A stretch of DNA of 64,000 nucleotides from Oikopleura dioica. Its lineage: Eukaryota > Animalia > Chordata. Below are positions 49,674-62,590 of the stretch, piece by piece. How positions within the stretch are numbered: the first letter of the stretch is position 1; every line of letters starts with the position of its first letter. The position numbers were made by a program, and so were the translations under genes. The DNA is taken from assembly GCA_907165135.1 (NCBI GenBank), contig OU015569.1:9858001-9922000 (forward strand), in the 5' to 3' direction. Under the pieces are notes generated by a model. It saw only the letters and a program-made list of their open reading frames with translations. It did no database searches and had not been told where the DNA came from.

Positions 49674-52600
49674 TCAGCGAAGTCGATCCCAGGAAAGCCC
49701 CTTTTTTACTTTCACGTCGAACCTTACTGGAAACTTGCCTTCTAGAGGAAGCATGTTGCAAAGTATCTCTACAATAAACTTTGCAAAACAAAAGATCAAA
49801 TTGAAGTCGATACCTTCTAACACATCCTTATCTTTCTCCTCAACTTCGAACAAAAGCTCATCGTGAATTTGCAACACAAGCTTGGCATCTATACCAGTTT
49901 CTCTTATCTTTCTTGCGGCTTTGACTGTTCCCATTTTGACAATATCGGCAGCTGATCCTTGAATTTTCGTATTCACCGCTAAATTAAATGTAGAATCTTG
50001 CTTTTGAGAGATTTGCTCTTTTACCGACTCGAGCTGCGCGGGAAGAATAGTTTTCGAACGAACGCCTGCGCCCAATCAATGTTTCAGTGTAGAGATTGCT
50101 CTCTGCGTTTTTGTTGACTTGTTCGAGAAAAGCATGCATTACAGGATAGGAACCAAGGAACTCTGATGATAATTTCTCAGCTTCTTCAACGGTGACGCCA
50201 AGTTGTTGACTAAAGAGGAAATTTAGCACGCGTGGCGATGGACTCACTTACCCCAAAGTTTTATTCCCCATTCCATAAATGATGCCGTACACAAGAGCCT
50301 TCACTTGAGTTCGTTGCTCAACTGATATCCTCTCTCTCTTCAACCATTTTCTTCCTATGCTAACAAAGGGATCCTCGTGATCAACGAAGGATGTGCGTAG
50401 TCCTTCGTCTCCGGAAAGCAGTGCCAAGACGCGCAATTCCAGCTGAAGAAAAATAAATTATCATTTTGATTGATAATTCAATCTCATGATACCTGTCTAT
50501 AATCTACTGAGATGAAAATGTAGTTTGGGTTTGTTCTGAAACAGTTTCGAACTTTGATGACCTTCCCACAGCATTCGAATTCGTTTTGGACCATCTGCAA
50601 CGAAGGATTGTCCATTGAGATACGACCAGTTCGATTAATTAGCACGGGAGTAGAATAAATACGGTTATCTTTGCTCGCATTTTTATACGACAAGAGATCA
50701 GAAAATGCTTTTGTCGCTTTGCGGAATTGAATGAGCGGTTTTATACGAGGTTCATCTTCCACCAACACTTCCAGGACTTCCTTACTCACAGAATTAGACA
50801 ACTTTCCTTCTACAGGTTCGCATTTCAAGAAATCGTAGACGTATTGCCGCTGATCTGGAAGATGTTTGAAATTCAGAGAATCCCGTTGCTTTCCTTTTGG
50901 CGCTTCTTTTTTCATTTTATTCGCAAGTCGATCAATTAATGTTGTCAAAGACTTGATCGTTTTCTCTGAAGCAGATTCGGAAAATGGCATTCCATTCTCT
51001 GACATCTGATATATAACTTCGGCGTGCTCCATTTCTATGTTAAATCTTTCAAGAAGATTCCGGTCCTCTAGAAGTTTTTGACTCCGAGATACGATCGTCG
51101 AAGAGCAGAAACAATCAAACCGGGCTCCCCATTGTCGAAGGTGGTTCTTTCCTTCTTCCGAATGTAACCCTTCGACAAAGCATATTCCTTTAGAGTTATA
51201 GGTTCGTCTCCTTTCCCTATCGCCGCTGAAGAGTCTTCAAAGCAAATGGCCTGACGGACATCGAAGAATCTCTTGGTTGGTAATTGTATTATGTTCATTT
51301 GTTTGAGCGCCCTCTTTACTTCAATGAAATTCCAACAAACAATTAGCTTTGCAGCAACAAGAATATTTGATATTGACACTGAATCCAGATTCAACTCATA
51401 CACAAGTCCTGTTGTCGATTCTGGCGTACAGAGATAGAGCTTATTGGCGATAACTTTTATTGCAATGCTCTTATGCTTAGAAATATACTTTCCAAGACGT
51501 ACTGCATCTTCTTCTAATGATGTTGGGCGCAAGCGGGTTAGGGGTTGCTTGGGTTTATTGGTTGTAGTTTGTGTCTCATCTTCATCATCAGATGCTGGTG
51601 GCTAAAAATGAGATCTAACTTGAGTTAGTTAAAAAAATAGCACCTTGGGGGTAATAGGCCATTTCTTTATGAAGCTTGGAGTATCAGTCGGCTCCTCAAA
51701 AAGACGTGTCCTTTTGGGCGTTCTTGGCAGATTGACATTAGTAAGGCCATTTTTATTTCTCGGTGAAAGATTTGTGAGTACAGTGTCCATTCGAATGAGA
51801 GACTTTTGAGGTGTGATCGATTTTTTACTTTTTGATTTTGAATCTGGCGTTGTCGGTAAGACTTGATTCTTATTCTTAGATATTGGCGAGTTTCTTTTGA
51901 TTGCACTTTCATTGGTTTCTGTAATTGGTTCCGTTCTTTCTACTTTGGACTTTGAAGAATGTGGGTTTTCTGTTGGAGGTGACTTTGATTCATTTTTATT
52001 TCCCATAACACTGGTGAAAGCTTCTGACGGAAGTGATTCGCTAAATGTTTCTTCTGAACTTTTTTGATTATCTTTAACTGGGCTTGACTTTGCTATATGT
52101 GTAGAGCTTTCATCTGCTTTTTCGGGAATATGAAATGTTTTAAGTTCTTCGAAGGCGATAGATTCGTCAAAAATTTCTTCTTTTGCAGGAGAACTGGCCT
52201 CTTTTTGGGCAACAGACTCAATCGGAGCTTCTTTTTCCGAACTCTTTATTTCAGTTGATAAACTTGCGTCTTTTTTCCTTCCTACTGGAGATGAACCGGT
52301 TACCATTGGTTCTAGGTCAAGGGTGTCAACAGTAAGTGGCTCGGCAAAGGTCTCATCGCTGTCTGGTGATGATTTCTCAGGGTCTACTGTAGTTTTAATC
52401 AATTGCTTCCCTTCTTCAGCTTTTTTCTCTTCGGGGTCTGGGTTTTGATCGATTTCGGTGATAATAGTTGCTACTTGAGAGTCAATTTGATCCGGAGGTT
52501 TTGTACATGTGTCCCAGACTGAGCTCTTCATAAACTCAGCAATACTTTCATCAACACTGGTGGATGACTCCTGGGATGCACTTGGACTCCTCTTCCCATC

Positions 52601-55600
52601 TTTCACGTTCAAATCAGCATTATCCAAAGATTCTTCGAACGTCGGCTCAACTTCGTGCTCTTCGACAGGCTTATGATCAATTCTCATCTTTTTCGATGTG
52701 GATGGTTCACTGTCAGGGCAGTGTGAATCGAAATCTGCTGATTCTTGACATTCGTCTTCAAACAATGTTTCAGAATGTTGTTCAGAATCGCCACCCGATG
52801 ATCGACGCCTCTTCAAGCGAATGCTTGAAAAAGTACTGATTTCAGTTTGGTCGGATTCTGGACTTTCTCGTCTTTCTTGCTCTGTCTTCTTTTCAACTGG
52901 GAATAGCTCTTGAGACTCATCTTCTTCTGAAGTCATCCCTGCATCTGGTAGAGGTGAATGATCTGATCTCGGCGAGGCGTTGAAGTAAGCAGCAAGAGAA
53001 TCGTTTAGACTTTCCATCATTGAGGCATCATTCGGATCGGGCATGAATTGAGAACTTGCGTGATTGTCGATCTCGGGCAGGTGGCTTTGCGTTTTCGGGC
53101 CTGGTTCATCGATCAAGGACCTCGAATCAGAAAAGGCAGCTTCGATGACAGTATCTGTTTTCGATGTTTCAGTTTTCTTGCTAATAGGTGATAACGTAGC
53201 TTCGCATACAATTGATTTAGCTGTTCCGTCAAGTTTTGTCATATTGTCGAAAGTATTTTGACTGAGAATATGCGAGTCTTCTTCACTTTCTGGCTCGTCC
53301 AAAATAGTTTCAGTCCCGATAATCGAGAAGCTTTCTCTTTTGACCATTTCCGCTGCTTCTTGAAATGGCATAGGCATATTTATTCCTTGAAGAACAACCA
53401 TTCCACGGCTCTCTATGATTTCATTCGAAAGCTCATTTTCGCCTGTTTGAGGCTTAGAGGAGATGAATCGTTCCATTTGTTTGAAGGCTTCTACTATCTC
53501 GGAAGTGTCAGCTTTGACAATATGCTTCAGTCGTTTGAATCCGAGCTTGTAAAACTGGCGCGCTCGTCGGGCAGATATGAATGGGCATCTCACAAGATCA
53601 AGCAGTTCTCTATGAACGCCAGCTTCAATTTGATTCTGAAATGTCGCCAGAAGATTTCGTAAGTGGTGCCATCCGAGCTTTTCGCAGAATATAGTAATCA
53701 TTCCAGCATATTGCGATGCAGAGATTTGGAGCGACTGGAGCGTTCCTCGAGGTACTTGATATCTTTCAGACACAATTTCGATCGGGATCTCGTTGATAAG
53801 GTCGAAGATTCCAAGCGCTCTATAGAATCGCGAGACGATTTGAAGTTTTCTGTATCCTAATTTATCCATTTTTCGAGGCATTCCATGTCTAGCAATTTTT
53901 CGCACAAGGCCAATGTCAACTTGGCATTTACTCGCTACATCGAGTGCAGTAGAATCCAAGTTGTCAAATAATTTGCTTACAGTTGCAAAGTTGAGGCTAG
54001 TTTCTTGGATTGGTGTGCACAAGTAAACTAGATGAAGATCAGTCGTAAGATTCAAAGACCTTGCAGCTGAAGATAAATCGTCAAATACGGATAGAGCTGT
54101 CATCGGAGGCATTCCAGCACCTACAGCTGCTTCTCCAAGCTTTGTTATCTCAATTTCCGATTCTCCGACTATGGTGATGAATTCATTCTCCTTCAGCCAG
54201 CCGTAAGTATCTTTGAGCAGCTTATCTTTTCCGGAAAGGTCTTCAAGTTGATGATTGTATAATGTTGAAGATATGAAATCTTCTATTTCTTTTACCGTAA
54301 CTGTCGTTTTGTCAGTGGTTGCTATCTGCTCCAAGATCGCTCTTTGAATCTGTGTTCGATCGAGTTGAGAGAGAATCATTTCAGCCTTATTTGCAATGAG
54401 TTGTCTGGCATCTTTTTGTGCGCTTGGCGAATTGGGACACATAAGAACTGCGTGACCTGCCTCATCAATTCCTTTTCTTCCTGCTCTCCCGCACATCTGC
54501 TGAAAAACACGCGCTTTGATCAACTGTTTTTGGAAGCCATAGGGACTTCTGATAATAACCATTCGAGCGGGCAGATTGACACCGGCTGAGAGCGTAGTTG
54601 TCGCCATTAGAATTCTCACGACGCCAGCTCGGAAGCCCTCTTCGACAACAGACCTTTCTTCAGTTGTCAATCCAGCATGATGGAAACAGATTCCCGCTTT
54701 CACATTTGAATACATACTGCTGTCGGGCCAAATCCGCGCTTCAATCAGAACTTCCCGAAACTCTTCGAATTTATCCGAATGAAATACGTCCGAACGCTTG
54801 GGAATGAGGGCAGTATGCTCAACAAGAGTCTTCACCATCTTTTCGCACCAATCTTTTGTCGGACAAAAAACCATGGCTTGATGACCTTGCAGAATTGTTT
54901 TCAGCAGAAGAGAAAGTATCGCCTTCTGCTCTTGATCCCTAGGCGGTGCCTGTCCCAAGTCGATAGGAAGATCGACTGAGGATAACCGTTTGAGCCTCGC
55001 GCCAGACACCTCCCAAAGTTGACTTTTGTAGCAAAGATTCACTTCGAGAGGAATTGGACGGAAACTCGTCTCGTACTCGACGGCTCTCAGCCATCGCGCG
55101 ATCTGACTGAGATTAGGAATCGTCGCAGACATACCAACAATTTGAACATTTCCCCAAGTCAAAGCTTTTGTGCAGACAAGTTCAAGAATAAAGCCTCTCC
55201 CGCTTTCCCCAAGTAAGTGAATTTCATCTAGGAAGATTGCGCCAAGGGAATCGATCATCTCATTCAGCTTCAAATAGTTGATAATAGAATTGGCCTTTTC
55301 AATTGTGCACACGAGGATGTCATTTTTTCTATGCCGCCCGTCGGGTTATTACCTCCAGCGAAGAGGCCAATGCGTATTTTTGAGTCTTGAAAAATCTCAC
55401 GGAATGAAAAGTACTTTTCTCTTGCTATCGCGACGAAAGGAAAGACAACAATAACCTTCTTCCTCTCCGCGGTTCTCCGTGCGATAAGTATTTCGGATAC
55501 AAGTGTTTTACCAGAAGAAGTCGGCCCGGAGTAGATGAGATTGCGGCTTCCATTGAGGACTCCCTCGAGACTGAGTACTTCGTTTTGCCATTCGAACAAA

Positions 55601-55662
55601 CTCCCTCTGCTCTGGAAATGCTTGGCCAACTCATTTGGCAATCCATAGAAACTATCATTCAT
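49674..55662 (-). CDS. POLQ: DNA polymerase theta (helicase + A-family polymerase; apparent 1-nt frameshift near 55325)
   Basis: FEWQ..NLIYSGPTSSGKTL, DEIHLLGESGRG, GMSATIPN, FHHAGL, ATTTLSAGVNLPA, QMCGRAGRKG; polymerase motifs VDYRQLELR, KALVYGIIYGMG, QGSAADIVK, QIHDELLFEV. Confidence 0.96.
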
Positions 55663-55844
55663 GAGAAATAGCTACATCATCTAAAAAGTTCCTGGTTGAA
55701 ATACTGTAGTGTTGTTCCCAAAGTTTAACGGCAATTTGAATATTGAGAGAGTTAAATTTGAGTAAGGTGAACTTTAAAGGCAGTCGGGATGTGACTGAAG
55801 AGAGTGATTTGTTAGCTCTTGACGGACATGTTAGATGTAGCAGC

Positions 55845-56121
55845 TCAAAAACCACCGCGGAGGGCGAGGACCAAGTGGAGAACGGAGCCGGCCATGATTT
55901 TATACTCGGAGACCTTTTTATCGTCTGACAGCTGCTTTCCGGAAAAAATAAGTCGCTGCTGGGCGGGGGGAATACCTTCTTTCTCTTCCACGCGCTCTGA
56001 AATTCGATTCAACCTTTAGTAACCTGAAATAGACGGTACCCTTGATTCTCTCGATTTTGTCAGACACTTCGATGTCGATTTCGATTTCTTTTCCAGTGAG
56101 AGTTTTTACTTTGATTTGCAT
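55845..56121 (-). CDS. NEDD8: ubiquitin-like protein NEDD8 (two exons; one-residue tail after GG)
   Basis: [18 protein letters not shown]...[23 protein letters not shown]...[11 protein letters not shown]. Confidence 0.97.
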
Positions 56122-56256
56122 TCTAAAAAAGAGTAATTGGCAACATCTGGTTTGAATAAGTGAAGTTTATCAGGAGATCATGGAAAATTTAGGGAAGATA
56201 AATGAGGTGTCGGTGTTTCGTGAATTGTGTTTCTAACTGAGCAAAACTGATTCAAG

Positions 56257-57630
56257 CTAGAGTCGTCGATGGTATTCCGGGGCAGTTTCGACGTACTCTT
56301 CAATCTTGTGCCAAATTTCAAAATTTTTAGCCAAGTAATTGGCCAGTCGTTGAATTTTCTTGCAGTAAAATTCGAGCTCCTCCTCATCTACTTCGTCGAC
56401 TAGCTCTTTAAACCTTTCGTTGATGGTGACGATCGAGCGCACCATATGATTATATCCGAAAAGATCACACGGCTGTTCTGCGTTTCTTGGTATTTCTTCG
56501 CCGCTTTCATCTTCTTCCCGGACGCTCTTGAGGTAATCTGCATATTGCGGTCGCTTGAAACATTTTAGAGATCCGGAGTAACGATCAGCCGACTTACCTC
56601 GAATTTATAGAGCAAAAAGGCTCCTAAGGCTGTGTTGAAGTAGTCTTCATAGCCTTCCAGTTCTTCGGCATCGAGGTTCTTTTCTTCCTTGTACGAGCGA
56701 AGGATATCGCGGCAGGTGATTTTATGAGGCAGTGGAATCAATTTCCGCTGCCTGTTAATCAACTCGTCATCGTCCTTCAGTGTCCGCACCAAAAGAGGGG
56801 AAAGAAGAATTTCAGTCATAAACCTAAAGAGCCTAATTTATCGTGGAAGAATTCATTTGTATACCTTCGTTTTCGGTTGGGTTTCGGGAGTTCGGCGAGC
56901 TGTCGATCCAACATTCCAAGATATCGCTCTCTTTCTTTCTCTTTATCTAGCCGTCCTTGTTCAAGCGGAGTGAGACTCCTAGTAGGTACATCTTCATGGG
57001 ACTTTGCTTTCCTCGGAGCAGGAGTCTCGTGTTCTGATTTTGTCCTCCTCCTCGTCACCTCTTCTTGGGATCTAGTTTTCTTCGCTGGGTTAACTCTCCT
57101 TCGTGAGTTTGTTCTACTGGGAGCCTTTCTTTTTCTTTCAGAAGGAACAGGAGAAGGCTTCCTCATGAGCTCACTTTGGTTCGAGAAAAAAGTCTCGATT
57201 CTTTCTTGGTCGAGGCGGGGGTCATTATCATCAATCCATTCGTCGTAGATTTTACTCCATCCAGAAAAGTGAATCAAATACATCCACGCATCTCTTAAAA
57301 TAGAGCATAAGAGTTGAGAATAATATAAAGAAACTCACTCTGATTCGCAATGATCGACATCGAGGCACTTTGCCTCATAAAGCTGGTCACCATCAATACA
57401 CTGTAACTTATCGCCTTTCGCGTATCGAGGCTAAACAATCATAGATAATAAACATTCTCTTTAGAAGATAAGAAACTTACACTTCCAGAAATGTGATTTT
57501 CTTTACGTTTCTTCGGCGAGGGAGTTTTTATCGTAGAGCATTGGGAGTCTGTGTCAGTCTGTGTGTAGTCAGTATCTGTTTCTGTTTGAGTGTCTGTTTC
57601 TGTTTGAGTGTCTGTTTCTGAGTCTGACAT
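56257..57630 (-). CDS. MRG15-like chromo + MRG domain protein, copy A
   Basis: LYEAKCL..YLIHFSGWSKIYDEWI; MRG domain KLIPLP, YFNTALGAFLLYKFERPQYADY, FGYNHMVR, YVETAPEYHRRL*. Confidence 0.88.
57575..57620. repeat. 2.5 copies of an 18-bp tandem repeat encoding (TETDTQ)n in MRG copy A
   Basis: TCTGTTTCTGTTTGAGTG at 57575 and 57593, partial copy at 57611. Confidence 0.9.
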
Positions 57631-57930
57631 GCTTTCTAAACTGAGTCAGATTAGATAGCTCGTTCATGTTCAAGTTAGATTGTTACGAAAAAGTTACAGT
57701 GACAAGGTAAGCATGGGACGTACAGAAATTTCGAAGAAGAGTTTCTAGATAAGTCAAAAAATAAGTTAAAAGAGGGAAATAAAAAGCGATAAGAAAATAG
57801 TCTAAATGAGAGTCTGAACTCATTGTAGACACGGAAAAGGAACTTTTAGAGAAGATATCAGTTAAGTGAAGATAAGAATAAAAAACATACGTATAAGGCT
57901 AGATTATTAATTAAAACGTTAGGCCAGACG

Positions 57931-59106
57931 TCACCAAATAACTTGCGCCCGGCGATGATACTCTGGTGGAGTATTTTCGTAGTCTTGAACCGAGTAGAGT
58001 GTTTCAAGCTCGTCGACTAAGTAATCCGCGAGTTTCTGAATTATGTCGACTGATTTCTTGATCGTTTCGAAATCGGCCGGCAACTCGCACATTTCTTCAT
58101 TTAGATAGGCAACATATCGCACAAGATGGATAAAGCCGAATACGCGAACAGGCCGGGCAGCTGCTGCGGGATAATGGAGTCCGTTTTCTTCTGACGTGCG
58201 ATACTTCGATAAGTAGTCAGCAAATGCCGGTCGCTAGTCAGATAGTACTTTAATACTTGCTGCTAAATAAAATGTACCTCAAATTTATACAGCAATTTAC
58301 AGCCCACCAATGTATTAAAGAATGAAATCATTCCTTCTATCAGCTCATTTTCAATAGAATGCGTCTGCTGGAACTTCTTCAGTATACATTCTACTGTTGT
58401 TTCATGCGGCAAAGAAATGAGCTTTCTTTGTCGAATTATAAACTCTTGGTCATCCACAAGCACTTTTGCCAGTTCATGCGGAAAATGAATCTAAATTTTG
58501 TAAAGAATAGAGTTCGAGAAAACATATGACTCATATGATATGAGTTACCTGTAATCTATACCGTCGTTCGTATTCTGATGTGAAGTATACTTTTGCCGCC
58601 GCTTTAGTTTTGGTAGCTTTTGCCTTTCGTTTTTCTCGAGGTTTTCGATCAGTAGATTTAACCTTCTCGGGTCTCTTTGCTTCTGGCAAAGGGCCCGTGT
58701 GTTCGCTGCCTTGGCGGAGCAAGGCCGATTGAATTTTCATCGGGTTCAGTCGAGCATCATCGTCAAACATCCACTCGTCGTAGGTCTTGCTCCAGCCGTT
58801 GTAGTGGATCAGATAACTCCACTGACTCCCGTCGTGATCTATCTCCAAACATTTAGCAGCATAGACTTCCTCGCCGTCCAAGCACTTCAAACTCTCCCCT
58901 TTTTGGAATCTGGGCTAAAAGATAAAAATAATGATTAATCGTCTTACATAATTTAATTAATTTACTTTTAATATGTCTTTAACTGCCGCCTCGGTGGCTT
59001 GACGTTTGTGACCGCCTATTCGCTCAACTAGTGAAGGAACAGGATCTGAAGGTCTTCGAATGTCCATATCATAGCTGTCGTCGATGAGAAACTCTTCGTC
59101 CGACAT
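57931..59106 (-). CDS. MRG15-like chromo + MRG domain protein, copy B
   Basis: VYAAKCL..YLIHYNGWSKTYDEWM; KLISLP, FFNTLVGCKLLYKFE, FGFIHLVR, YENTPPEYHRRAQVIW*. Confidence 0.88.
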
Positions 59107-59165
59107 TCCATTAGTATCGAAACTATTCTAATCTTAACACACGTCTTTAGGTATCTTTGATTTAG

Positions 59166-60332
59166 TTAGTCGCTTTTTAGGTGAGAAAGAACAGCCTCAA
59201 GGCGAATATCGAGTTCAACTCGGCTATCAATATAAATCCGCAACTTTGGAACAAGCATAGAAATAGTCCACAGATCGATACAGTCACTGAACCTAGGCAA
59301 CTCCGCTAAGAAGCAATCTATCTCTACGCAACTTGTCTGCTCGTGTAAGAAATTATTAACTGTCATGCATTTCGTCCGCTTTCCGCTGCCAGAAAAGTTT
59401 TTCTTCAACTCATCCAATTTTTCCTGAACTCTGCGTTTTCAATGAAAATAAATAAATGAAAACCTGAGTGTAGCAAAGAATCACCTTCTCATCAAAACGC
59501 TTTTCCCCTGATGCAACGATGTCTTTCGATAAAGACGACAGCTTGCATATTTCTATGTCTGTGGTAAGCAGGCTCGGTTCTGATTTACTGCGCAAGTCTT
59601 CAAACTTGGGACCAAGAAGGAAATTCAAAGCTTATCGCGGGTTTTTTTTCAATTCTCTCTATCAAACAGTCAAACCTCATCTGAAAACCCTAACCGGATT
59701 CTGAAGTTTCCGATAAACCATCTGAGACAACAACTTTCCGTGCACTTTTTGGTATAATCCTAAACAGCCGTCTCAAATACTGCTCATTCTTTCTCAGCAA
59801 AATACGATCCGTATCAAAGATGTAAACATGTTGGATACTTTCTAGCGGCAACAAGTTTTCTTCAAAGGCTTTTTCAGGATATTTTTATAGCGAGAGATAG
59901 TTTTCGATAATAAAGGATAACCTATCCTTTGTTAATTCTGCTATTATTGGCAAGTTGTGCGACTAAAATGGGTTTGTTCGCAATACTTTGAACAGTACTG
60001 AGAAAAGATTCCCGCTTTCGTCTTTTGCTTTGCTGATCTCTGGCCAACAGCTTCCCTACACCATGCTGATTATTTTCGCTTCTTTCACATATTCTTTCCG
60101 TAATTGAGTTCGCACGCCCGGTCCGACTCACGATAATCAGCTTTTCTACGTCACCAAAAGGGGTCTGGTCACCGACGATTTCGTCGATTATCGCTGTCGT
60201 CTTGCCCGTGCCGGGAAAAGACTCGACGTAAAGATTCTGGCGATGATTTTCGAGACTTTGCAAAATGGCATTTTGAAATTTAGATTTTCCGTAGCCTCTA
60301 ACTAAAGCTCTTTGGAAAGAAGCTCGCAACAT
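59166..60332 (-). CDS. degenerate DEAD-box helicase-like protein with presequence-like N-terminus
   Basis: MLRASFQRALVRGYG; FQNAIL (Q motif); SFPGTGKT (motif I); LIIVSRTGRA (Ia-like); YIFDTDRIL at the motif II position; LFRIIPKSARKVVVS. Motif VI not found. Confidence 0.6.
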
Positions 60333-60594
60333 GGAAATTCTTAAAAAGTAGGGGTGATTGAAAACACGCGCGATTGGAGTCTCTTTCAATTTGATTCTAT
60401 TTATTTTTCTATGAAGAGGAGAAGGAAAAATAATACAAAACAAAAAAAGTAGCCGTTGTGAATGATTCCTATGTGAGTTGGTTCGAGTGGTGACACATGT
60501 ATATTTGCTATTATTAGAGTCAGCAGACTGTTGCACGGATTTCCAGTAAAAGGTGAACTCAGAGGGAAAATGGTGATCGTGATCGTTGAAGAAA

Positions 60595-61830
<1,236 letters not shown>

Positions 61831-61905
61831 TTAATTTAGGGCCATGCCCACCATCTTCTTAATTTATACAAATCACAGTAATCGTAAACCGTCCAAAAAC
61901 AATCG

Positions 61906-62548
61906 TTACGCTGAGCTTTTACTTTTTTTCTTCTTCTTGCGTGGCGTTTCTGCTTCATGAGCTTCTGACTTTTTCGATTTTCTTTTCTTCGCTTTACTGC
62001 TTGATTCACTTTTCGGAGTAGGAAGCATTCCCGTCAGTGCAAGTTGGCTTCGATCTTTGGTTTCCTCGACGTCGGGCCTTGCAGTCACTAAAATTCGTCA
62101 GAATAAAGCCAAATATTAATTAATAATAAGAGTTTGATTGATAAGTTATCTCGGATAACTTGAGTGTTCCCTTACTCGGCTTGTAATCAAAGTCTTTCGG
62201 CTCATGGAGTGTTGGAAAAGCAGAGAGCTCAATTTCGCCAGCGATTGGGACACAGACGCAGTTCTCTCCATCTCCGAGGCCGCTAATCAGAGTCGCATTT
62301 CTATTCGGGTCGTTTTTCATGGAGAGCTCAGTGGTCGTTCCTTCGATCTGGTACTGGACAGAGTCATCGGTTTTAAATATCGTTGTTCCCTAACGAAACA
62401 AATAGCTTCAAGTAAAACTATCAAATAAAACCTTTAGTGAATTTATGTCATATCCGCGGGGAACTCGAAGGCAGTACACTTCTGTCCCTTCCACTTCAAT
62501 TTCCTCCAGTTTGTCGGTCGCATTCGGAATCGTCGTTTTGGACAGCAT
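61906..62548 (-). CDS. POLR1G: RNA polymerase I subunit RPA34/A34.5-like
   Basis: TTTTTAG|A-ATG start; EVYCLRVPRGYDINSLKG resembles the A34.5 domain core; Lys-rich C-terminal tail KAKKRKSKK..KKKKKSKSSA*. Confidence 0.6.
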
Positions 62549-62590
62549 TCTAAAAAACTCCGAGTCAAAGAGTGTAATTTGGAAGTTAAT

